Source of the DNA: Verrucomicrobiota bacterium
Lineage (GTDB): Bacteria > Verrucomicrobiota > Verrucomicrobiia > Verrucomicrobiales > DEV007
DNA: 27,816 bases
Assembly: GCA_045046875.1 (NCBI GenBank)
Contig: JASFYY010000110.1
Location: forward strand, 1-27,816
Direction of reading: 5' to 3'
Positions 1 to 9,063 of the stretch are shown piece after piece. The position numbers and the translations under genes are program-made. The stretch's first letter is position 1; every line of letters starts with the position of its first letter. The notes beneath the pieces are model-generated. The model made no database searches, was not told the DNA's origin, and saw only the letters and a list, made by a program, of their open reading frames with translations.

Positions 1-99
1 CAACCCGAGCAACCCGAGCAACCCGAGCAACCCGAGCAACCCGAGCAACCCGAGCAACCCGAGCAACCCGAGCAACCCGAGCAACCCGAGCAACCCGAG
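1..99 (+). repeat. Perfect tandem repeat (CAACCCGAG) x11, encoding (QPE)n in frame 1; probably continues past the window edge
   Basis: Eleven identical 9-nt units read directly at 1-99, in frame with the downstream ORF. Confidence 0.97.
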
Positions 100-1998
100 A
101 CAGAGACCTCCTCTCCCCCCAATCAAACCTTCCAGCCATTTTTTCTTCCAGGCCAGGCTTCTCCTGTTCTGGATCGTGCGATCCATGCTGCACCGGTATT
201 TCCAGGCTCCAGCCCCGTTCAGCCACCGCCTTCTCCCAGCTCGACTGAAAATGAGCTTCCTCCAGAAGAACCTGCCGAAATCACCAGCACTTCCCCGGCT
301 CCTTATTCAGGCCCTCAACTGCTGCCTACGGATACACCGACTCCATCACCGCCCGACTCGGAAACTTCTCCGCCAACGCCACTGAGCCCCCATGTAGAAG
401 AAGCCAAAAGCAAAGCGAAATTTCAACTGCCACCTATTCCCAAAAAAGCGCTAACAAAAAACACTGAAACCAAAGCAGACTATCAACCAAGCCCCAAAGC
501 TGGTTTTGCGCGCTTGATCAAAACTTTGATCGTTGTTGCGCTCATTATCTTTGCCGGCATAGGCGCTCTGATCGGCGATTATTATCTCGGCGGCATCGGC
601 ATTTTGCACAAACTGCCAGGCTTCACCCCAGCTAGCTCTTTTGTCTCAGCGGTGCTCACCCCTCCGGACATACAAACATCCGAGAGCGATCAAACTGATA
701 ACAATCAAAGCGCCGAAACGCCCCCACTTGCTCCCCAGGCAGACACGATTGCTCAAGCTGATCTTGAACCGGTCATCGAAAACGAAAACACTGTCAATGA
801 CTCGATTGATACGCCTGCAATGCCCACAGCAGACATTGCTGCGCCAGTCATAACAGCGTCGTCAAATGATGAAAAAGTCGTGATAGCAGACCAAAGCGAG
901 TCTATGGACGGGGTCAAAACCACACTAGTGGAGCCTGCTGCCTTAACGGATACTCCCATCACTGAAAGCGTCAGACCCAATGAAGTAAGCCAGCTTCCAG
1001 GGATGGGGGGAAATACATCCACACCTGCGGATACTACTGCCGTATCATCTCCCAAAACGGCTATTGTTATCAAAGATAATCAGAACGTCGATCCTTTGAA
1101 GATGAATTTGTCGTTACCTGAGCTTCCTGCCTTCACGGCCGATGCTTCATTGCCTGTAGCCGACCCTAAAGTTACTCCGGTAACAGAAACAGAACCCGGC
1201 GCCCTCAAAGCAACGCCTCTCATGGCACGTGCGGTGCCTGTGGATCTGCCCAACGCGATAGTAGAAAAACCAACTGCCTCCAAGTCCCAGGAACATGCGG
1301 CATCTGCCAGCTCCCCTCCAACCGCCGAAGCAGGGAAATTACTTACCGAACCACGTCAAATTGCCGAGGCCTTTCTAAAAGCTCCTTCATGGCAAGCTCG
1401 CCTACCTTATACTTACAACAGTGAAGCGCTGAAAAAAACCATTGAGGAATACTATCAACAAGATCCGCAGATCGCTATTTCGGACTACAACCTTGAGTTC
1501 ATCAACATGGAACGCTCTCACACTGACAATACCTTGTTCTATGTGTTTTTTCTGGTAACCAAGGAGCTACCGGATGGTTTCCCTATCATTCTAAGAAGTG
1601 AAAAAGGACAGCTCAAAGTGGATTGGGAGATTTTTGCGGAATTCAACGATCAACACTTTAAATACTTCATCAAAGGTGAAGACCGAGGCCCCCACTCCTT
1701 GAGAATCATGCTGAAGCGCGCGAGTTATTGGGGGCCGGATAAAGACAAGTTCACCGACCTCAACGACTACCTCTGTTTCGGAATTTCCGCTCCTCCCTTC
1801 CCTCAAGAGGGCGAATTTGTTTTCATCAAAAAAGACGACCCTCTGGCCGCTCAACTGGAACAAAGTCTGCCTTGGGGGCAACGCCCCATCAGTGGTATCG
1901 TAGCGCTGGAAAAAGTAAAACTTCCCCACGGTGAAGAGCATCTCATCATCAAGAAAATCGTCACCGATGGCTGGTTCAGCCCTGCTGCCTCTCCATAG
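1..1998 (+). CDS. 5'-truncated bitopic membrane protein of unknown function: QPE/Pro-rich N-region, one TM helix, long T/P/A/D-rich linker, C-terminal globular domain
   Basis: I translated frame 1 from base 1 to 513 by hand and found no stop (QPE..TETSSPPNQTFQPFFLP..KAGFARL). It joins the 514..1998 ORF. LIVVALIIFAGIGALIG follows a Lys-rich stretch. The C-terminal domain contains W..R..Y and GFPIIL..KVDWEIFAEF. Confidence 0.85.
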   Translation, partial: QPEQPEQPEQPEQPEQPEQPEQPEQPEQPEQPETETSSPPNQTFQPFFLPGQASPVLDRAIHAAPVFPGSSPVQPPPSPSSTENELPPEEPAEITSTSPAPYSGPQLLPTDTPTPSPPDSETSPPTPLSPHVEEAKSKAKFQLPPIPKKALTKNTETKADYQPSPKAGFARLIKTLIVVALIIFAGIGALIGDYYLGGIGILHKLPGFTPASSFVSAVLTPPDIQTSESDQTDNNQSAETPPLAPQADTIAQADLEPVIENENTVNDSIDTPAMPTADIAAPVITASSNDEKVVIADQSESMDGVKTTLVEPAALTDTPITESVRPNEVSQLPGMGGNTSTPADTTAVSSPKTAIVIKDNQNVDPLKMNLSLPELPAFTADASLPVADPKVTPVTETEPGALKATPLMARAVPVDLPNAIVEKPTASKSQEHAASASSPPTAEAGKLLTEPRQIAEAFLKAPSWQARLPYTYNSEALKKTIEEYYQQDPQIAISDYNLEFINMERSHTDNTLFYVFFLVTKELPDGFPIILRSEKGQLKVDWEIFAEFNDQHFKYFIKGEDRGPHSLRIMLKRASYWGPDKDKFTDLNDYLCFGISAPPFPQEGEFVFIKKDDPLAAQLEQSLPWGQRPISGIVALEKVKLPHGEEHLIIKKIVTDGWFSPAASP

Positions 1999-2200
1999 TC
2001 TAGTAATCCGCCGGGACTTTTCGCACGACAATAGTTTTCCATTGTCGGAAGGCATCGATTTCTCCCAGGCCAACAAACCTGCGCTCAATTTATTTAGCTG
2101 GAACAACAACAGCTCAGTATTTTACGTGATTGCGTCCCTGCAACATTGGATACTTTCCACTATCCTTTGTATTAGCTTTTTACATCCACCACCTACTGTA

Positions 2201-5200
2201 ATGAAAAAATCGCCAAACCTCGCCTCCCGCCTTCTCTGCCTGACAGCTGTCATTTGCTTTTTTACACAGCTCATCGCTCCTCCATCGATCCAGGCTGCAG
2301 ATTCAGCTGCTACCAAAGCGGCAACAGACCTTCTCCAGCAAGCGGGAGTCAAAGGAGGTTTTATTATCCAGCTTGGTGCGACCGATGGACAACTGACCAG
2401 TGCGCTGGGCAAAGCCGGAAATTATAGCGTTCATGGCCTGGTAAAAGATCAAGCGCAGTTGAGTCAAGCCAGGCAATACCTGCTGAAGCAAGGTGATTAC
2501 GGCAAAATCTCGGTTGAATGGCTTAAGAATCCCCAACACCTTCCATACATCGATAATTTAGCCAATCTGGTGATCTCGGAAAGCGATCCTGAAAAGCTCG
2601 GCATCAGCATGGAGGAGATCCTGCGCATCCTACGTCCCAATGGCGTCGCCATGATCAAATCCGGTGACCAGTGGAAAAAAACCGTGAAAGCCTGGCCAAA
2701 AGAGATCGACGACTGGACGCACTACATGCACGGCGCCGATGGCAATGCTGTGGCTCACGACACCGTGGTTGGTCCTCCGCGTCACCTGCAATGGGTCGGC
2801 AGTCCGCGCTGGTCACGCCATCATGACCGCATGGCCAGCATGAGTGCTCTGGTATCCTCCAAAGGCCGCCTGTTTTACATCATGGACGAAGGATCCCGCA
2901 TTTCCATCGAGCTGCCCTCGGAGTGGAAGCTCGTCGCCCGCGATGCTTTCAACGGAAGCATCTTGTGGAAACGCCCGGTCAAAACCTGGCACAACCACCT
3001 CTGGCCACTGAAAAGCGGCCCCACCCAACTGGCCCGTCGCCTGGTTGCCGTCGGTGATCATGTGTTCTGCACTCTCGGCATCGACGATCCCGTCACCATG
3101 ATGGATGCCACCACCGGCGAGACCATTCGCACTTTTGAAGGCAGTGAAGGGGCGGAGGAATTGATCGTTGCCAATGGCAAAATTTTTTTGATGGCAATGA
3201 AAAAACCCGGTGAGCTAAAAGACTTCCTGCCCGAATTGAATACCGGCGACCAGGCCCGCATCGCCGCCCGCTACAAATGGAACGAAATCCCGCGGTTACT
3301 GATGGCCTTTGATACCAAGACTGGAAAAAAACTATGGAACCAATCGTCGCGTATTTCCCCACTCACCCTCTCTGCCGATGACAAACGTTTGATCTATCAT
3401 GATGGCAAAAAAGTGGTTTGCCTGTCCCAGACTACGGGCGAGCAGATCTGGACCAGCAAAGCAGCTGACCGGCGTGAAAACGTGACTTTTAACTTCGGCC
3501 CGAAAATGGTGCTGCAACGAAACCTTGTTCTATTTGCTGGAGGTGATCGCAAGATGCATGTCTACGAAGCGGCCACCGGCAAAGAACTTTGGACGGCCCC
3601 CCACGCCCGTGGAGGTTACCTCTCCCCGGAAGATTTGCTCGTGGTTGGTGACCTCGTTTGGTCAGCCCCAACCACCAGCACATCGGATTCCGGCATCTTC
3701 ACTGGCCGCGACATTTTCACCGGTGAAATAAAAAAAGAGTTCCCTCCCGATGTCGACACCTATTGGTTTCATCACCGCTGTTACATGGCCAAAGCCACTG
3801 ATCGTTTTCTGATGCCCTCACGAACCGGCATCGAGTTTGTCGATCCCGAAACCGAACACTGGGATATCAATCACTGGGTTCGTGGCGGCTGCCTCTACGG
3901 AGTGATGCCTGCCAATGGGTTCACTTACGCGCCTCCGCACAACTGTGCCTGTTACCCCGAAGCCAAACTTTATGGTTTTAACGCCTTGTCTGCTAACGGA
4001 CCCAAACCCAATACCGAATCCGAACAACAACACCGGCTGGAAAAAGGCCCGGCCTACGGCAAAATCACCGGGACAGACAAAACCTCTACCAAAGATGATT
4101 GGCCGACTTTCCGCCACGATCCATCCCGCAGTGGATTCACCCCTGGCAAAATCCCCGCCGAAGTTAAGATCGCCTGGAACAAGGAAATCGGCGGCGAGTT
4201 GAGTGCCGTGGTGATCGGTGAGAACCGCTTGTTTGTCGCCCAAAAGGAACAACACACGGTGCATGCCATCGACGCCACCAACGGTGATAAAATCTGGTCC
4301 TACACTGCCGGAGGGCGCATCGACTCACCTCCCGCCCTGTACCAAGGCAGTGTCGTATTTGGATCTGCCGACGGTTATGTTTACTGTCTGCGCGCTTCCG
4401 ACGGCCAACTCGCTTGGCGTTTTCAAGCGGCGCCTTCGAGCGAACGCCACATGGCTTTCGAGCAATTGGAGTCGGTCTGGCCAGTGCATGGCAACATTCT
4501 GATTCAAGACGACATCGCCTACTTGGTTGCCGGGCGCTCAAACTTCCTCGATGGAGGCCTGCGCTTTTATCGCCTCAACGCCAAAACAGGAGAAAAATTG
4601 TCGGAAACCGTCATTGATGAAATCAATCCTGAAACCGGTAAAAACATCCAGGATCAAGTCAAAGTCCTGCAAATGCCGGTGGGCTTACCGGATATACTGT
4701 CTTATGATGGCGGTTATGTTTACATGCGTTCCCAACAGTTTGATTTAAACGGAAAACGACTCGAGCTCGGCCCTCACTCCGGCGATGCCGCCGAGCAAGG
4801 CCGCGATCAACGTGGAGGCGAGCATCTCTTCGCACCGATGAGTTTCCTCGACGACTCCTGGTTCCATCGCGCTTATTGGGTTTTTGGACGTAGTTTTGCG
4901 GGCGGGCACAACGGTTATTATCAAGCAGGAAAAAACACCCCCTCCGGTCGGATTCTGGTATTTGATAAACGTGATGTTTACGGTTTTGGAAGAAAACCGG
5001 AATACCTCAAATGGACGACTACCATGGAACATCAACTTTTTGCCGCCAGCCGCGAGGCTCCGGAGCAGCCACCCTCTGCCATTGACAACAAAGACAAACG
5101 TCGCGGTAAAGGGCCTGCCAAAGGTTCCATGGTGCGGTTTCAAATAACTCCATCTCTCAATCCTACAGGAAAAGCGCTGGTCGTAGAGGCCTGGATCAAA

Positions 5201-6148
5201 CCTGGGAAGAAAAACAGCGGTGTGGTTGTCGCCCGCGGAGGCCCGGCTGATGGTTATGCTTTAGTTTTGAATGACTCCAAACCATCTTTTCTATACCGCA
5301 ACAAAAATCAATTAAGCTCGGCCACAGCCGATCAGAAAATCAACAAAGAGTGGACTCATCTGCTGGGCTTGATAAACACTGAAAAAGAATTGCAGCTCTA
5401 CGTGAATGGCAAGCTGGCCGCCTCGGGCAAAGCTCCGGACTTCATTCGCAAAGATCCTGCGCAGGGTTTGGAAATCGGCGCGGATGACGGCAGCCCGGTT
5501 GGTAATTACAAAAGCCCCTTCCCTTTTCAAGGCTTGATTGATCAGGTGAAAGTCCACCACGGCTCGATCAGTGAAGAAGAAATCCAACAGAGCTACTCAG
5601 CCAAGGCTGATCAACCTGCACTAAAAAATGCCAAACTGATATTAAATTGCTCTTTTGATGAAAGCAAGGCAAACGACTTGTCCGGAATGAAAAATCATGG
5701 CCAGGGCAGCGGGGTGAAATTCAGCGACAATGGGAAATTTGGCAAAGCTATTTCACTCACAGGCAAGTCCGGTAAAATAAAAAAGGCCAGCCCCTTTTTG
5801 GTCAAACATTATTGGAACAGCGATATCCCCCTGCTCGCCCGCGCCATGCTGTTAGCCGACCGCCATCTCTTTGTGGCCGGGCCACCGGATCTGATCGATG
5901 AAGTGGAAAGCTTTAAAAAACTGGCCAACAACGATCCGACGGTTACCAAGATTCTAGCCAAACAAGATGCCGCGCTCAAAGGCAAGGACGGCGCCCTGTT
6001 GTGGACGGTATCAGCAGATGACGGAAAAAAACTCGCCCAAATCAAACTGCCCGCGCTCCCGGTTTGGGACGGCATGGCCGCAGCTCGGGGTAAAATCTAC
6101 ATCGCCACCACCGACGGCAAGATCATCTGCCTCGAAGGTAAAAAGTAA
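2201..6148 (+). CDS. Large secreted PQQ-like beta-propeller repeat protein (~1315 aa) with an N-terminal methyltransferase-like domain and an inserted LamG-like domain
   Basis: The ATG at 2201 gives a signal-peptide-like start (MKKSPNLASRLLCLTAVICFF..IQA-AD). There are many PQQ-type blade ends (DAFNGSILW, DTKTGKKLW, EAATGKELW, DATNGDKIW, RASDGQLAW) and DWTHY/DWPTFRHD..RSG motifs. The MTase-like segment is IIQLGATDG..LPYIDNLANLVI..LRILRPNG. LamG motifs are VEAWIKP, LYVNG and GLIDQV. Confidence 0.88.
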   Translation: MKKSPNLASRLLCLTAVICFFTQLIAPPSIQAADSAATKAATDLLQQAGVKGGFIIQLGATDGQLTSALGKAGNYSVHGLVKDQAQLSQARQYLLKQGDYGKISVEWLKNPQHLPYIDNLANLVISESDPEKLGISMEEILRILRPNGVAMIKSGDQWKKTVKAWPKEIDDWTHYMHGADGNAVAHDTVVGPPRHLQWVGSPRWSRHHDRMASMSALVSSKGRLFYIMDEGSRISIELPSEWKLVARDAFNGSILWKRPVKTWHNHLWPLKSGPTQLARRLVAVGDHVFCTLGIDDPVTMMDATTGETIRTFEGSEGAEELIVANGKIFLMAMKKPGELKDFLPELNTGDQARIAARYKWNEIPRLLMAFDTKTGKKLWNQSSRISPLTLSADDKRLIYHDGKKVVCLSQTTGEQIWTSKAADRRENVTFNFGPKMVLQRNLVLFAGGDRKMHVYEAATGKELWTAPHARGGYLSPEDLLVVGDLVWSAPTTSTSDSGIFTGRDIFTGEIKKEFPPDVDTYWFHHRCYMAKATDRFLMPSRTGIEFVDPETEHWDINHWVRGGCLYGVMPANGFTYAPPHNCACYPEAKLYGFNALSANGPKPNTESEQQHRLEKGPAYGKITGTDKTSTKDDWPTFRHDPSRSGFTPGKIPAEVKIAWNKEIGGELSAVVIGENRLFVAQKEQHTVHAIDATNGDKIWSYTAGGRIDSPPALYQGSVVFGSADGYVYCLRASDGQLAWRFQAAPSSERHMAFEQLESVWPVHGNILIQDDIAYLVAGRSNFLDGGLRFYRLNAKTGEKLSETVIDEINPETGKNIQDQVKVLQMPVGLPDILSYDGGYVYMRSQQFDLNGKRLELGPHSGDAAEQGRDQRGGEHLFAPMSFLDDSWFHRAYWVFGRSFAGGHNGYYQAGKNTPSGRILVFDKRDVYGFGRKPEYLKWTTTMEHQLFAASREAPEQPPSAIDNKDKRRGKGPAKGSMVRFQITPSLNPTGKALVVEAWIKPGKKNSGVVVARGGPADGYALVLNDSKPSFLYRNKNQLSSATADQKINKEWTHLLGLINTEKELQLYVNGKLAASGKAPDFIRKDPAQGLEIGADDGSPVGNYKSPFPFQGLIDQVKVHHGSISEEEIQQSYSAKADQPALKNAKLILNCSFDESKANDLSGMKNHGQGSGVKFSDNGKFGKAISLTGKSGKIKKASPFLVKHYWNSDIPLLARAMLLADRHLFVAGPPDLIDEVESFKKLANNDPTVTKILAKQDAALKGKDGALLWTVSADDGKKLAQIKLPALPVWDGMAAARGKIYIATTDGKIICLEGKK

Positions 6149-6159
6149 TTTACTGAGGG

Positions 6160-7365
6160 CTACGAACTCAGCGCTTTTTTACTGTTCTCGCCCCCGCCAC
6201 CGTCATCGCCCTTCTCCTTGTCCTCACCAGCAGACTTCACTAATTGGTCAATTACCCCGCGTTTGCGCGGGCCTTTACCCATCATTACTGATAACCAACG
6301 GAAGTCGTTGCTGTTGTCCAACATGACCTTCACCATCATGGTTAACGGCACGGCCAAAAACATCCCCACCGGCCCCCACACATAACCCCAGAACAAAACC
6401 GACAAAATCACCATCACGGTAGAGATTCCAAATCGATTCCCCAATACCATCGGTTCGAGGAAATTTCCCAAGGCCACGTTGATTGCCAAATAACAAACCA
6501 TCACGCCCACCGCTGGCCACACCCCGTGCAGAATCAGCGCCAGCATCACTGGCGGCAAGCCCGCCAGGATAGATCCAATTGCAGGTATGTAATTAAAAGT
6601 GAAAGCCACCAAGCCCCACAGAACTGGAAAATCGACTTCAAACAGAGTGCAGACCAACCATGCTAAAAAACCAGTCACCATGCTGACCGCGGTTTTGATA
6701 CCCAGATATTTCTGAATCTCCATCGAAGAATTTCGGAAGCGGCGCAAATCCGGCCCCTTGGCTCGCAGCACCTGTCTCAGCTTGCCGGGATAACGCCCCG
6801 ATTCAGCCAGAATAAAAGTCATGATCACCAATACAAAAAATGATCGCGACAGCAGCGCGGTCAATCTTCCCACCACCTCGGTTTGACCGATAAAGTCAAT
6901 GATCAGCTTGGAATCCCAATAACGATTGAACAGCTCATTAAAAGTCCATATCTGAGGCTGGTCTTCAGCGCCCTTTTCTCCAAACTTATCTGCAAAACCA
7001 CTGAGCGACATCAATTGGGCATCCGCCCAGTCACTGAAACTGCCCACCCGGTCACGCAACAACTCCGCATACTCCAAACGTTTGCCTTGAAACTCGGGGA
7101 TCACCCCACTGGCGACAAAAACCAGTCCCAACAGAATCATCACATCAAACAAAATGGTCAGAATCACCGCAATCGGCCGTGGCACCCCCCGTCGGTCGAG
7201 CCAGTTCAATATCGGCAAACTGAGCACCGCCAAAAACAAACCCAGAATAATAGGGATCAGCATCTCCGAAGCAGCTCGCAGACCTGCCACAATCACCACC
7301 ACGCATGCCAGGGAGAGTAAAACTTTAAATCCGGTACCGGACTGGGACGACGCAGAGCTTGCCAT
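6160..7365 (-). CDS. AI-2E family transporter (TqsA/YhhT-like)
   Basis: Multi-TM 401-aa protein with family motifs KYLGIKT, WGLVAFTFNYIPAIGS, GNFLEP.VLG and FWGYVWGPVGMFLAVPLT. Confidence 0.92.
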   Translation of the reverse strand: MASSASSQSGTGFKVLLSLACVVVIVAGLRAASEMLIPIILGLFLAVLSLPILNWLDRRGVPRPIAVILTILFDVMILLGLVFVASGVIPEFQGKRLEYAELLRDRVGSFSDWADAQLMSLSGFADKFGEKGAEDQPQIWTFNELFNRYWDSKLIIDFIGQTEVVGRLTALLSRSFFVLVIMTFILAESGRYPGKLRQVLRAKGPDLRRFRNSSMEIQKYLGIKTAVSMVTGFLAWLVCTLFEVDFPVLWGLVAFTFNYIPAIGSILAGLPPVMLALILHGVWPAVGVMVCYLAINVALGNFLEPMVLGNRFGISTVMVILSVLFWGYVWGPVGMFLAVPLTMMVKVMLDNSNDFRWLSVMMGKGPRKRGVIDQLVKSAGEDKEKGDDGGGGENSKKALSS

Positions 7366-7512
7366 AGTAAAATTTACAATCGTTTCAATCGCCAGACTCT
7401 CAACTGAAATTTATCTGCTATCTTTTGTTTTCCGCTTTCTCTGATAAACTGCCAATGTTTATATTTTCGAAGATTCTAATTGAGAAATAGAACTTCCCCT
7501 GCATCTTCGGGC

Positions 7513-8889
7513 ATGGGAAAATCATTTGAATTCGAACCCGTTGAACTGGCCGAGCCGATTTCAACGCCAAATCGTGAGATCAAAACAGAAATACCGGTTC
7601 GTGCTTCACAAAGCACGATCGAAATTCTGCGAAAATACGAACCTCTGTCTATGAGCGGTCAACCGCTGGTGGTATGGGACCGTGCCGAGGGAGTTCACGT
7701 ATTTGATGAATACGGCAACAAGTGGCTCGACTTTTCATCCGGCGTATTGGTAGCCAATGCTGGTCACGCCCGTGATGAAGCCAAAGCTGCAATGCACGAA
7801 GTCGCAGACCGCTTACACCACTCGTATTGTTTTCCAAATAAGGAACGTGCAGCGCTTTGTGAATACTTGGTCGAAGAGTGCGCCCCTGAATACATGGATA
7901 AGGTGTTTCTCTTGACCACTGGCTCGGAAGCCATTGAATGTGCGATCAAAATCGCTCGTGCTTACGCCCACCAAAGTGGTGGTTCCGAAAAAGATTACAT
8001 TGTCACTTTCGAAGGTGATTTCCACGGTCGCACTTTGGGGTCACAAATGGCTGGAGGAATTCCCGGACTTAAAGACTGGATCTCTAATCCCGACCCTTGC
8101 ATGGTAAACGTACCTATTCCCGACGGTTTCCGCGGCAAGGACACTTCTTTTGACGGCTTCCTCAAAGCACTTGAAGAGCAGAAGGTCGAAGCTAAAAACA
8201 TCGCCGGAATTTGCCTTGAAACCTACCAAGGCGGAACCGCCATTTTGTTGCCGGACGAATATATGCAGAAGCTGCGTGCTTTCTGTGACGAAAACAACAT
8301 CCTGCTCATTTTTGACGAAGTGCAATCCGGTTTCGGTCGCTGCGGAAAAATGTGGGGATTCCAACATTACGGAGTTAAAGCCGATATGATCGTATGCGGC
8401 AAAGGCATCAGCTCAGGCATGCCTCTGTCAGCGGTGATCGGCCACTCTGATTGGATGAACGTCTTTGCTCCCGGATCGATGACCTCCACCCATACCGGCA
8501 ACCCGGTGTGCTGCGCAGTGGCACTGGCCAACATCAAGCTTCTGATCGAAGACGGCTTGATCGATAACGCCGCCAAGTTGGAAAGCATCTTCAAACAACG
8601 CATGGCGCATTTCGAGGAAAAATACCCCGACAATGTCGGACGTGCCGAAGCCACCGGACTGGTAGCAGCGGTGCAAATGGTGCCGGAAAAAGGCAGCCTC
8701 GAACCTGACCACGAAACCACCTTTGAAATCATCAAGCATGCCGTTGAACACGGTTTGATGATGTTCGGCCCGGTGGGTCAGGGTGGCGGAACGGTCAAGC
8801 TTTGTCCTCCGTTGTGCATCAGTGAAGAACAACTGATCGAAGGCCTTGACGTGCTCGAAGAAGCCTTCGACGCCGTGTGCCTGTCCTAA
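7513..8889 (+). CDS. Class III PLP-dependent aminotransferase (GabT/ArgD-like, substrate unknown)
   Basis: Motifs D..GNKWLDFSSG, TGSEAIE, FHGRT, IFDEVQSGFGRCG, the PLP lysine in GKGISSG, and STHTGNP. The ATG at 7513 is preferred to the upstream TTG at 7480. Confidence 0.92.
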   Translation: MGKSFEFEPVELAEPISTPNREIKTEIPVRASQSTIEILRKYEPLSMSGQPLVVWDRAEGVHVFDEYGNKWLDFSSGVLVANAGHARDEAKAAMHEVADRLHHSYCFPNKERAALCEYLVEECAPEYMDKVFLLTTGSEAIECAIKIARAYAHQSGGSEKDYIVTFEGDFHGRTLGSQMAGGIPGLKDWISNPDPCMVNVPIPDGFRGKDTSFDGFLKALEEQKVEAKNIAGICLETYQGGTAILLPDEYMQKLRAFCDENNILLIFDEVQSGFGRCGKMWGFQHYGVKADMIVCGKGISSGMPLSAVIGHSDWMNVFAPGSMTSTHTGNPVCCAVALANIKLLIEDGLIDNAAKLESIFKQRMAHFEEKYPDNVGRAEATGLVAAVQMVPEKGSLEPDHETTFEIIKHAVEHGLMMFGPVGQGGGTVKLCPPLCISEEQLIEGLDVLEEAFDAVCLS

Positions 8890-8910
8890 ATCCCCAACAC
8901 ATACAATTCC

Positions 8911-8947
8911 AAGGCCGGATGCTCAAAACATCCGGCCTTTTTTGTTT
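8911..8947 (+). terminator. Intrinsic terminator after the aminotransferase
   Basis: An 11-bp stem (AAGGCCGGATG-ctcaaaa-CATCCGGCCTT) followed by TTTTGTTT, 21 nt after the stop codon. Confidence 0.9.
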
Positions 8948-9063
8948 CTATAAAAACGTTTAAATTCCCCTGATAAGCAGCCGGTAAAAGTCGCACTCAC
9001 AGGGGTGCAGGACAAAAAAGTTAGCCATTGGCTATTGAAAGCTAGCTTATCACCCATCAACAT

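Noticed and set aside
1..99. Tandem repeat as a CRISPR array
   Set aside because: The 9-nt units are contiguous with no spacers and lie in a coding frame.
514..516. TTG at 514 as the start of the first gene
   Set aside because: Frame 1 is open from base 1, so the true start lies upstream of the window.
2026..2047. Hairpin CGACAAT-N8-ATTGTCG after the first gene
   Set aside because: Weak stem with no U-tract. It could be an operator, but there is no second copy or other support.
1931..2200. 90-codon N-terminal extension of the PQQ protein in the ORF track
   Set aside because: It overlaps the previous gene and reads like non-coding sequence. The ATG at 2201 gives a proper signal peptide.
9022..9048. 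Short palindromes TAGCCATTGGCTA and AAGCTAGCTT as operator sites
   Set aside because: They lie between convergent gene ends with no promoter to control and are short enough to be chance.
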